A DNA stretch of 64,000 nt from Candidatus Poribacteria bacterium (GTDB lineage: Bacteria; Poribacteria; WGA-4E; PCPOR2b), in assembly GCA_965198175.1 (NCBI GenBank), contig OZ240245.1, positions 3,712,001 to 3,776,000 on the forward strand. Direction: 5' to 3'. Both the position numbers and the translations under genes were made by a program. Below are positions 19,706 through 30,047 of the stretch, piece after piece. Below the pieces are notes generated by a model. That model ran no database searches. It saw only the letters and a program-made list of their open reading frames with translations, and had not been told where the DNA came from. Each line of letters starts with the position of its first letter. Positions within the stretch are counted from its first letter, which is position 1.

Positions 19706-20584
19706 CTATTTGACAGCCTTTATCCCTCCCCAGGTTGTTGATAATTTCTCAGCCGGCTCAACACCGAGGGCAGCGACTGCAAGCCCTTTCTGCATGATGG
19801 ACGCAATCTCATCATCGCTCAAGACTCTGCTGAAAACCCCGATGTCGTCGACTGTAACTTGAGCAGAAGAGCCGAATCTGCCGCCAATGTGCCAGGGACC
19901 ATGTTCAACGGTTCGAACAAAAGGTTTCGCACCGGCGCCCAGATGGACGAATTCACCATTCTGGAATACGACTGTCTCTTCACCGTTAGCCGTAAAGGCG
20001 TAGTGATTCATCTCCCCGCCGTTTGCGGGAAACTCCCAGTTTGTACCCTGGAAGGGTTTGCCATACTGCCACATGACAAACTCGCCCGCGCCGTCATCCC
20101 ATGGAAAGTGGACCAGAATTCGGTTATCCCACGGACCACCGGGCTCATGGGCGAAGAGATCTCGCTGCGCCGCGCCACCGATTTTATCGTTGCGCTGCGC
20201 CCATACGGTAATGGTAATCGTTGTCTCGTCGGGAAGATTGCCGTCAGCCTCATCCTCCTCGTCGGGACCCAAACGGTCATCCTTGTTGAAATTCGGGATG
20301 TTGATGACGCTGCCATCCCCTTCACATTTCAGAGCTTTGCCGAACTTACCATCAACCCACTGTGGCCTTAGGTTGTCGCTATCGTTAGGTCCGCCTTCAA
20401 GCGAGCCGTCCATGCCCTTGGGGTTGCCAGAAGAATCTTCGGTTTTTTTACCTTCGCCTTCATCAAAGAGCCAAATTGCGACAATGTCGGCGGGGTCGAG
20501 TGCAGCATAAGTCGGGACTGTGAGCATTAACCCGAAGAATGCAACAGTGCTGACACATGCCAGCGTTTTTAGACTTAATCTCAT
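19706..20584 (-). CDS. Secreted LamG-like protein (copy 3)
   Basis: Same architecture; tail VEPAEKLSTTWGGIKAVK; GGAGG RBS. Confidence 0.9.
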   Translation of the reverse strand: MRLSLKTLACVSTVAFFGLMLTVPTYAALDPADIVAIWLFDEGEGKKTEDSSGNPKGMDGSLEGGPNDSDNLRPQWVDGKFGKALKCEGDGSVINIPNFNKDDRLGPDEEDEADGNLPDETTITITVWAQRNDKIGGAAQRDLFAHEPGGPWDNRILVHFPWDDGAGEFVMWQYGKPFQGTNWEFPANGGEMNHYAFTANGEETVVFQNGEFVHLGAGAKPFVRTVEHGPWHIGGRFGSSAQVTVDDIGVFSRVLSDDEIASIMQKGLAVAALGVEPAEKLSTTWGGIKAVK

Positions 20585-20599
20585 TTTATATTACCTCCA

Positions 20600-21005
20600 T
20601 TTTTGTTGGTGTATTTACCAACATCTTAGGATTGGTGTTTGGGTGACATCACCTAAACACCGGCTCAGAAATGTAGCGTCCAAAACAACGACTGCCACAT
20701 CCCTTTCAGGAGCGGGGCGTTACACTTTCCGCTCAACACGCGCAACGCAATATCCTTCAAAATCATGGAAGGAATGCAACACTGCGCAAACTCGTAACAA
20801 AAACCTCGCCAATTTGCAAACCCTTCGGTAGATTCCATCACAATGACTAAACCGCAGGCTCGGATTCGTCAGGTCACAGTGACTCTTGCCAAACGAGTCA
20901 ACAGCATCCGCTTTACGGAAAGCGAGCCAAAACTCAGTTGCGCCGTAGGGTCGTCCGCACCTACTTAGAGGCGGGCGGGCAAGAATTACAGCCTCGCTAC
21001 TATAA
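20600..21005 (-). ncRNA. Candidate structured 5' leader / cis-regulatory RNA
   Basis: About 420 nt without a credible ORF between the promoter and the LamG start. Hairpins at 20604-20623, 20634-20661, 20880-20900 and 20909-20924, an enclosing pair GGCTCG(20857-62)/CGAGCC(20923-28), and CCGC/GCGG at 20955-20974. Confidence 0.4.
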
Positions 21006-21013
21006 TTTTGTTT

Positions 21014-21043
21014 AGTATACTATATTCTGTTACATTATTGCAA
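21014..21043 (-). promoter_or_regulatory. Sigma70-type promoter for the LamG/TPR/CRTAC1 block
   Basis: TTGCAA-N18-TATACT on the minus strand in an AT-rich patch. Confidence 0.45.
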
Positions 21044-21168
21044 CAAAAAAATGACCTTATCTGTTGGATTTCATTGGAAAAGAAGAAAAAAGGACGGCAT
21101 CACAAGCAATCATACCAACTCACTTCGAGTTGGGGGGTGAAATCTCACCGAAGATTCGTTAAAAACCG

Positions 21169-21930
21169 CTAGCTGTGCAAGACTTCCATGACAAGCGGGT
21201 GCAACCTCTTATTTGCAGCGACACAAGAAGTTCCACGAACTGCGTCACCTCCATCCCAAGATGTAATTACCCCGTGGGCGCCTCGAATTATGGGAACAAC
21301 AGGAAGGATGTCCCACGGATTCACGATAGGGTCGAGCATGATGTCTGCTCCACCCGATGCGAGCATCAAATAACCGTAGCAGTCTCCCCACGTTCGAAAA
21401 TACTTAATCTTTTGAGCCAAGCTCTCAAACCCCGCCTTCTTTTGGTATTTGGGAACACTTAACACATCAGTTGTCAGCAGCGTTGCCTCAGAGAGCTTGT
21501 CAACGGTTCTCATCTGCACTCGGTTCCCGTTAACGGTTGTATGATTATTGTCACCAAGGCATAGTAGGTCTAAAATCGGTTGGTTGATTGCGCCCAAGAT
21601 AGGTCGTCCTTCGTGAAGCAGACAAATCAGTGTGCCGAAAAGAGGGCACCCGCTTGCGAACGAGATTGTGCCGTCTATTGGGTCAAGCATCCAGACAAAC
21701 TCAGCCGCCTCATTTTCGCTCCCATACTCCTCTCCGATAATGCCGTGGTTGGGGAATTCCCTTCGTATCAGATTGCGCATTACTTCTTCAGCCTGACGAT
21801 CCGCCAGAGTTACAGGTGTTTCGTCTTCCTTCATTTCAACATCAAAATCTAAAGCTGCGAAGTGAGGTTTGATGACGTGCGCGCTTTCATCAGCAAGCCT
21901 ATGAATAAAGCGGATAAATTCTTCATTCAC
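21169..21930 (-). CDS. hisN: Histidinol-phosphatase, inositol monophosphatase family
   Basis: TPVTLADRQAE, HGIIGEEYG, WMLDPIDGT.SF, WGDCYGY, PWD motifs; likely GTG start at 21930. Confidence 0.8.
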   Translation of the reverse strand: MNEEFIRFIHRLADESAHVIKPHFAALDFDVEMKEDETPVTLADRQAEEVMRNLIRREFPNHGIIGEEYGSENEAAEFVWMLDPIDGTISFASGCPLFGTLICLLHEGRPILGAINQPILDLLCLGDNNHTTVNGNRVQMRTVDKLSEATLLTTDVLSVPKYQKKAGFESLAQKIKYFRTWGDCYGYLMLASGGADIMLDPIVNPWDILPVVPIIRGAHGVITSWDGGDAVRGTSCVAANKRLHPLVMEVLHS

Positions 21931-21958
21931 CACTGCACCATATTGTGTTAAAGACACA

Positions 21959-22228
21959 TTAATACTCGATTCTAAAGGAGGTATATTCCTCGCCAAATGA
22001 ACGTTCTTCGACTTTGACAGCGTCAACCTTGGCTGCTGGTGGGCCTTTCCAAAGGATAGTCACAAATCGATGGAGCGTCGCTTTATCCCCTTCGGCGACA
22101 ATCTCAACTCCGCCATCGGGGAGGTTCTTCACGTAGCCTTGGATGCCGAGCCTTTTTGCATTTTGTTGAGTAAAATAACGGAAATTAACATCCTGTACTC
22201 TACCGCTTATAAGAATGTAGCGTTGCAT
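21959..22228 (-). CDS. acyP: Acylphosphatase
   Basis: SGRVQ.V.FR, GYVKNLPDG.VE, GPP.AKV motifs. Confidence 0.9.
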   Translation of the reverse strand: MQRYILISGRVQDVNFRYFTQQNAKRLGIQGYVKNLPDGGVEIVAEGDKATLHRFVTILWKGPPAAKVDAVKVEERSFGEEYTSFRIEY

Positions 22229-22430
22229 ATTCTGGTTGACCTAGATCGTGAATCAAGCAGTGGAAAAGTTGCTCGTTCATTTCGTTGGCAATTTCCTTGC
22301 CTGACTCGGAGGTGGATTTCGAATTAGCGTGCTGCAATAAAGACGGTGGTGTTCCTGCTTTGACGCCGAATTTTAATGCTGCCTTATGAATCTATTTTGC
22401 CAGCGAAGTCTCGGTACTCCCTGTCCAGCT

Positions 22431-24629
22431 TCAGTTGCCTGTTGAGAGTTTCAATTTTTTAAGCGTGAATGTCGTGTATTGTTCTTCGCCCTCAACTATT
22501 TGGATAATCTGATTCGACGGTACATCTCGGAATGTTTGGGTGAGGTTCGTGGTTGGCCAAAAGATTTCCAGACGTTCAATTTTTGAGGCGTCGCCCAAGC
22601 CAATGGTTTGCCGAAGCGGATTTCCCCCAAAGGTGCCGCCGCTGTTGACGTATTTGTAAATTGAGCGCGGTGAACCGTTTTCGATGACTTCGGCATGGAT
22701 GCGCACGCCGATTGCCGATCGATTAGAGCGAACCCCAATGAGTCTTATGGCAATCCAGTGATTGCCGAAGCCCGGATTTTCATATAAGACATTCTTGTAC
22801 GCGTCGCCGGGTAGCGCACCTCCCATTTGCTCAAAGATATCCTGATCGCCGTCGTTATCAAGATCGGCGAATGCCACACCGTGCCCCTTCTGCAAGTGGC
22901 TGAACCCGCCAGCAAAACTCACGTCTGCGAACCGTCGCCCACCCTGATTCCGGTACATGACGTTCGGCATGATATTCTCATAGTCCGGATATCCGGTGCC
23001 GAGGTAAAAATCGAGGTAGCCGTCGTTGTCCAAGTCCCAAAACCAAGCAGGAAAGCTGACCTCAGGAAGGTCAACGTTGAGTTTTCTAGCAACATTCGTA
23101 AATGTGCCGTCGCCGTTGTTGCGATACAAACGATTGCCGCCCTTATAATTGGATACGTACAAATCAGGCCAACGATCGCCGTCGTAGTCGCCCCAGATCG
23201 CCGATTTGGAAAAACGATAATTCTGTACGCCCGCCTTCGCAGCCACATCGGTAAATGTACTGTCGCCGTTGTTGCGGAACAGTTGGCACGGTGCACGCAG
23301 CGCCTTAGAAGATTCGTTACCAATGTACAGATCGAGATCGCCGTCATTGTCGTAGTCGCCCCAGGAAGCCGTCCCGCAAGGATAATGCTCCTCGCCCAGA
23401 CCGGCATCGAAAGTGACATCCGTGAATGCGGCGTCCCCGTTATTGCGCAGCAGGGAGTTCGGATGTTGTCCTTCATCCTCAATCCATGCGCCTCGCAGCA
23501 CGAGGAAATCAGTGTCTCCATCGTTGTCACAGTCCGCCTGTAACATGTTCAATCCACCGTACAAACCCATCAGCCCAGCTTCCCTTGTAAGGTCCGTAAA
23601 GGTGCCGTCTTGATTGTTCCTGAAGAAACGCATCTGTCCGGAAGTGTCCCAAGTCGAGGTCACAATGTCGAGGTAGTTGTCATTGTCAAAATCATCCACA
23701 ATCGCGCCGCCCGACAAATCGAACGTATCAAGCCCTAGTCTCGGCGCGATATTCGTGAATCGCGGTATTACCTCCTCTGATTCGAACGCCTTGGGTGGAA
23801 TAAGGTAAGATTTGGGCACCTGCTCAGGATAGCCTCCGATTGTCATATACGCAATGTTAATTAACCATTGTGCTGCTAGATGTAGAGATTCATGTTTTGG
23901 TGTATTCTGCAGAACTCCTTTGAAATAGGAAATTGCCTGTTGGGATGGCTCCTGCTGCGTATGAATTCCGCCTTCTCGTAAGGGCAGAATGCAGCTTTCG
24001 GCTGTGTGACGGAGACAGCAGTTCTGCGTTTCGCCGTGCCGCATGTATGCGACGCCAAGTCGAAAAAGACTATGGTTTACTACCTCCACCGGAACCGTGC
24101 TCTCCTGCAACCGGGTAAGTTGGAGCGCACGCTCAAGGTAATCAATTCCTTCTACCTCATTTCCCAAGCGAAGTAGTGCGTGCCCTAACTGCATATAAGC
24201 CATCCATGTCGTTCGCACGGACGCGTCAGCAGGTAAGCTGGCAAGACGCTTGCGCAAAAATCGTTCATCTTCATTTCCCAAATACATGTTGTCGTCTGGG
24301 GTTCCATCAGCAATCTGCTTAAGGAGCGTTAGCATCCTTTGGTGACCTGACGCTGCTTTGGACGTCGCTATCTCCACAGGTGCTGATACCTCCGCTGGCG
24401 AAGCCGCAGATTCTGAATCCGCAAAACCGAAGACCCTGTCTTCTGCCAAAAACACACTCGCCGCACCAACACCCACTATTCCGATAAAAAACGGCGCAAT
24501 TAAGCGAGATAAGATGAGATTTGCCTTCTTTTGGATGCCCAAACGCTCGCTCATTGAGATTGAATTAATCGCTTTTTGCTTTTTGCTTTTTGCTTTTTGC
24601 AGGAAGGAAATTATGCCGTCAAACTTCAA
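22431..24629 (-). CDS. CRTAC1-family protein (FG-GAP repeats + ASPIC/UnbV)
   Basis: GETQNCC...SCILP N-domain; DxDNDG repeats; HLQKGHGVAFADLDNDGDQD; SNRSAIG...GGTFG.NPL...IGLG. The start is probably downstream, about 24554. Confidence 0.88.
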   Translation of the reverse strand: MKFDGIISFLQKAKSKKQKAINSISMSERLGIQKKANLILSRLIAPFFIGIVGVGAASVFLAEDRVFGFADSESAASPAEVSAPVEIATSKAASGHQRMLTLLKQIADGTPDDNMYLGNEDERFLRKRLASLPADASVRTTWMAYMQLGHALLRLGNEVEGIDYLERALQLTRLQESTVPVEVVNHSLFRLGVAYMRHGETQNCCLRHTAESCILPLREGGIHTQQEPSQQAISYFKGVLQNTPKHESLHLAAQWLINIAYMTIGGYPEQVPKSYLIPPKAFESEEVIPRFTNIAPRLGLDTFDLSGGAIVDDFDNDNYLDIVTSTWDTSGQMRFFRNNQDGTFTDLTREAGLMGLYGGLNMLQADCDNDGDTDFLVLRGAWIEDEGQHPNSLLRNNGDAAFTDVTFDAGLGEEHYPCGTASWGDYDNDGDLDLYIGNESSKALRAPCQLFRNNGDSTFTDVAAKAGVQNYRFSKSAIWGDYDGDRWPDLYVSNYKGGNRLYRNNGDGTFTNVARKLNVDLPEVSFPAWFWDLDNDGYLDFYLGTGYPDYENIMPNVMYRNQGGRRFADVSFAGGFSHLQKGHGVAFADLDNDGDQDIFEQMGGALPGDAYKNVLYENPGFGNHWIAIRLIGVRSNRSAIGVRIHAEVIENGSPRSIYKYVNSGGTFGGNPLRQTIGLGDASKIERLEIFWPTTNLTQTFRDVPSNQIIQIVEGEEQYTTFTLKKLKLSTGN
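24571..24600. repeat. Heptamer tandem repeat (GCTTTTT)4GC
   Basis: Read directly from the sequence. Confidence 0.85.
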
Positions 24630-25117
24630 TGTATAGAACCATTTAGTTGGGTGTGATGTCTAATACCGTCCATTCCGGTTATTAGTGATGCCGTCCGTAT
24701 TAGCGAGTTGTGATGAATCGCACAAGCCGTATCAATTGTTGACTCTTCTATTGATAAGCGTCAACTAGACTGCAAGCTGTTGCTTTTTTTTATTGGACAA
24801 TTTGCGGCCATTGCTCTAAAATGGAATCGGATAGTATTCAGACTTACGCGACTCAGGAATTCAGAGCAAATGGAGTATTCCGAACTTCATTCGATACTTA
24901 ATCCTATCACGAGAGAAATACCTTGTCAAGAAGCTAGCAAAGGAAATAGCATGTTCACGTAAATATGGATGGAACCATTATTTTCTGCTTGCGGATCGGC
25001 GAGGCTGTTTTTTCCATCTATTTTACAAAACTCAGATCCCAATATTATCGCCCGATATTAACTTTATAAAATGGACCCGTCCCACGCGGCAAAGAAACAT
25101 GAGAAAGGCTATAGTTA

Positions 25118-25741
25118 ATGAGCAAAACTCAACATCACAAGACGATACTACTCTTTGGAGCGCCAGGCGTAGGAAAGGGTACTCAAGGAAAGATCCTTGG
25201 ATCAATACCAGGTTTTTTCCATCTATCCAGCGGCGATATTTTCCGCGCACTTGATGCCAATTCTGAAGTTGGCAAAATCTTCCATAACTATTCATCGCGC
25301 GGTGAACTTGTTCCCGACGACGCCACCATTGCAATCTGTAGGGAGTATATCTCCAATCTTACAGGTGAAAACGGTTATAATCCGGACACAAGCTTGCTTA
25401 TCCTAGACGGTATCCCGCGCAACGTTAATCAAGCGCGGATGATGGAAGAGCACATCCGTGTGCACAATGTCCTCCACCTCGTTTGCGAAGATTTGGAAAC
25501 ACTAATCAATCGACTCCGTGGTCGCGCTATCAAGGAAAATCGAACTGACGACGCCCGTGAGTCAGTCATCCGAAGGCGTTGGGAAGTTTATCGAGAAGAA
25601 ACATCGCCTCTTCTTGACCACTATCCAGAGTCGATTATCTCAAATGTGAACGGAATCGGCAGTCCAGCCGAGGTCTTGTACCGGATTCTTGAAATTCTTG
25701 TGCCCCTGCAGAATGTCCACCTTAGCAACTCACCCATTTAG
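25118..25741 (+). CDS. adk: Adenylate kinase (short LID type)
   Basis: GAPGVGKGTQ P-loop, GELVPD, LDGIPRN..QA, R.DD motifs. Confidence 0.93.
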   Translation: MSKTQHHKTILLFGAPGVGKGTQGKILGSIPGFFHLSSGDIFRALDANSEVGKIFHNYSSRGELVPDDATIAICREYISNLTGENGYNPDTSLLILDGIPRNVNQARMMEEHIRVHNVLHLVCEDLETLINRLRGRAIKENRTDDARESVIRRRWEVYREETSPLLDHYPESIISNVNGIGSPAEVLYRILEILVPLQNVHLSNSPI

Positions 25742-25937
25742 TTGCGATTAACAGGTTGCTAGTGAATCTTGCCGTGTCATGAGGGCTGAATTACACCTTC
25801 TTAGGTAAACCAAAATCGAGTAAGAGCCGTCTTTTGCGTAAAGGCTTATAATAATGTTGGACAAGAAATAATGCTCACTCAGAAGGGGAAATACCAAGTG
25901 TTGACGAATACTCATTTGATTCAACGGAGAATTTGAC

Positions 25938-26936
25938 GTGATTGAAGTTGATAATCTCACAAAAAATTATGGCACGACTCAAGCTTTGAGAGGAGTTTCC
26001 TTTCGGATTGATAAAGGCGAAGTGGTTGGTTTTCTTGGTCCAAACGGCGCAGGGAAAACTACTGCGATGCGTATTCTGACTTGTTTCATGCCGGCAAGCG
26101 GCGGAAAAGCGACGGTGGCAGGCCACGATGTATTCAAGGAATCCCTTGAAGTACGTAAGCGTATCGGCTATCTCCCAGAGAGTGTGCCGCTATACCCTGA
26201 GATGACCGTGACAGGCTATCTCAAATTTGTCTCAAAAATAAAAGGGACACCTCGTAGCAAGCGCGCTGCGAGATTAGATCTAGCCATTGATGCATGCGGA
26301 TTGAATGACCATCGTAATCAGATTGTAGGTCAACTGTCCAAAGGGTTTCGCCAGCGCGTCGGCTTGGCGCAAGCCCTCATTCATGATCCAGATGTGCTCA
26401 TCCTAGATGAACCCACGTCAGGGCTGGATCCACGTCAGATTATCGAAATTCGCGGACTCATCAAGAACCTGGGTAAGGAGCGCACAATCATCCTCAGCAC
26501 GCACATTCTCCCAGAGGCAAGTATGACCTGTGAACGGCTAATCGTGATCGATGAAGGGCGGATTACCGGGAATGTAAAGCTGTTGGAAGGACGCGCCGTC
26601 TCTATTGAGTCGGGCGATGGTGAACACACTGAGCTTGGCAATTCAAAAACGCTTTTTCTTGAAGTGGAGGGGCCGGCTGACGCTGTTCTTGCAGCCTTAA
26701 CTGAAACTCCAGATGTGAGCCACGTTGAAAGCCGAAGTCTGAGCAGTGGCAACAATCCAACTTTCCATGTCAGTTATGGTTCGAATACGGATATTCGCGC
26801 TCACGTCTCGTCGCGCATTATTCAGAACAACTGGGGTTTGCTCGAAATGCGTTCGGTCGAAATGACGCTTGAGGAGCTCTTCTTGCAATTGACAAGGCAG
26901 GCGGAAAAGGAAACTTACGACGGAAAGGATTCTTAG
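25938..26936 (+). CDS. ABC transporter ATP-binding protein (GldA-like)
   Basis: GPNGAGKTT, LSKGFRQRVGLAQAL, LILDEPTSGLDP, LSTH. Confidence 0.92.
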   Translation: MIEVDNLTKNYGTTQALRGVSFRIDKGEVVGFLGPNGAGKTTAMRILTCFMPASGGKATVAGHDVFKESLEVRKRIGYLPESVPLYPEMTVTGYLKFVSKIKGTPRSKRAARLDLAIDACGLNDHRNQIVGQLSKGFRQRVGLAQALIHDPDVLILDEPTSGLDPRQIIEIRGLIKNLGKERTIILSTHILPEASMTCERLIVIDEGRITGNVKLLEGRAVSIESGDGEHTELGNSKTLFLEVEGPADAVLAALTETPDVSHVESRSLSSGNNPTFHVSYGSNTDIRAHVSSRIIQNNWGLLEMRSVEMTLEELFLQLTRQAEKETYDGKDS

Positions 26937-27010
26937 GATCCTGGAGGATGCTTCGGGATACTGAGTGCAATCGAGGCGTCAAGCGTCGCGATATGGGTTT
27001 AAGTAGACTA

Positions 27011-27415
27011 TCAACGCCTCGCGACTCTCAAGCGATTGCTCGCACGAGCTAACGCCGCTTCCGCTTGTCCTGCATTGATATTTGAATCGCGCGACTCAAG
27101 CTGTTCCATTGCACGCTGACGCGCGCCTTCCGCGCGCTCAACATCAATTTCAGATGCCCACTCAGCGGTATCCGCTAACACGGTAACACCGGTACGAAGC
27201 ACCTCAAAAACGCCTCCGCTAGTTGTGATGGATTGCGAGGTATCAGATTCGCGGATGCGAATCTCACCAATATCCAACATAGTCAGAAAAGGAATGTGCC
27301 CGGCAAGAATCTCAAACGATCCCAGTTCGCCGGGGGCCCTCACACTGGTAACCTCGCCTTCATAAATCAGCTGTTGGGGAGTTCGGATTTCGAGATGTAA
27401 TGTCTTATCAAGCAT
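27011..27415 (-). CDS. atpC: ATP synthase F1 epsilon subunit
   Basis: LEIRTP, APG..G.FEILAGH.P, SGGVFEV, VTVLADTAE, IDVERA. Confidence 0.95.
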   Translation of the reverse strand: MLDKTLHLEIRTPQQLIYEGEVTSVRAPGELGSFEILAGHIPFLTMLDIGEIRIRESDTSQSITTSGGVFEVLRTGVTVLADTAEWASEIDVERAEGARQRAMEQLESRDSNINAGQAEAALARASNRLRVARR

Positions 27416-27417
27416 TC

Positions 27418-28830
<1,413 letters not shown>

Positions 28831-29038
28831 TCATCTCTCTTTCAGTCATTTATGTTGCCAATACCATCGGCAGGACTCATTCTCAAGTTTTTCAAAAAGC
28901 ATAACATCGGAGATATAATTTTTTTGGGGAACACTTCGACGATGTTGAATCTTATGGTGAATTTTGCATTTAGTGTGAGTGGCGGCACGGCTCCCCATAT
29001 TCTAGAACCGGTTAGGGAGCCGGCATTGCTCCCAGTTA

Positions 29039-29513
29039 TTATTCGTTGACGTAATCTGAACGTAGCTCAAACATGAGCTGACTCACGCGGCTTGCTCGGT
29101 TCGGAAGTTCAGTATTAACAGCCCGTACCTCCTCCGTTTCTTGGTAGGCATTCGCTTCTTCGATGCTCTCAGATTCAAACTCAACGAGTCGATGCGGATT
29201 TTCACCGCGGACATTGTCGTAAGATGCTATCCGTTTGAGTTCCTCGGGAGCTTGCAGTGTGGGTGCAACAGTCACAATCCATGCAATATAGTCGGCATTC
29301 CCACCGACCGGATAGTTGACTAACCACACTAACTTCACTGGAAGCGCTTCCATATCAGATGCAACATCATCCATGGGAGGCATTGTGCCCATTCCATCAT
29401 CCATCTCAGTATCTGTACGTATCCATCAACACATCTCTAGCAGCGTCACAACCGATTGAAGAAACTAGCGCAATCAGAGCAACTAGAAGCATGCTCCCTA
29501 ATTTGCATGTCAT
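29039..29513 (-). pseudogene. Frameshifted lipoprotein of unknown function
   Basis: ATG 29513 (RBS AGGTG) gives MTCKLGSMLLVALIALVSSIGC (lipobox) and joins ORF 29039-29404 after a +1 shift near 29418; total length 475 nt = 3n+1. Confidence 0.6.
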
Positions 29514-29600
29514 CAGTTCACCTATTTTGTGGGGTTAATATAGATTGTTCACGTTGTAGGGCATGTTTTCCCTCCAATTACGCCCGCCGCAAACCGGTGC

Positions 29601-29999
29601 CTACTCATCGAAATGGTAAACTATTTGGTCGAAGCGGTCGCACGCGAAGGAGAACACGAAGACCAGCGGGTCGGTGCTGATACAGCGGACTCCATGTTTG
29701 GCGTTGGACGGGATGTAGACCGCTGAGCCCGGTCCAATCTCCGCTTCGAGATTGTCGATCGCCATGTGACCGCGGCCACTGACGACGTAATATGTCTCCT
29801 CGGGCTCGTGGTGGTGAAGGGGGAGCCGAGTACCGGGTGGGAACTCCGCTACGCCCATGACGAGCCCGCTGCTCGGACTTCTTTCTCCGGTGATTAGAAG
29901 CTTCCAGCAAATCTCACTCTTGGCGGCAATGACCGGATCTTCCCAACCTTCCCAAGCGAGCTCTGCTTGATCGATAATTATGGGTTTTTGCACGCTCAT
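29601..29999 (-). CDS. Cupin, DddW-like (possible DMSP lyase)
   Basis: W..LI..ER..S..LVMGVAEF.PG..L..H.H...E.Y....G.G...ID....EI..G.A.YIP..A.HG......L.F.F.FA...F..I.Y.F parallels DddW as recalled. Confidence 0.65.
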   Translation of the reverse strand: MSVQKPIIIDQAELAWEGWEDPVIAAKSEICWKLLITGERSPSSGLVMGVAEFPPGTRLPLHHHEPEETYYVVSGRGHMAIDNLEAEIGPGSAVYIPSNAKHGVRCISTDPLVFVFSFACDRFDQIVYHFDE

Positions 30000-30047
30000 A
30001 ACTTGCTTCCTCCTTCTACATTGAGCAGACTTGTCACTTCACAGATT

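Noticed and set aside
4007..20584. Diversity-generating retroelement (TR/VR pairs; FGE/CLec fold nearby)
   Set aside because: No reverse transcriptase in the window, and differences between repeats are not confined to adenines; they are mostly synonymous.
22285..22302. Bidirectional GG-N10-GC (sigma54-like) motif upstream of acyP
   Set aside because: The better match points antisense, the sense match is weak (AGGCAAG), and no enhancer palindromes were seen.
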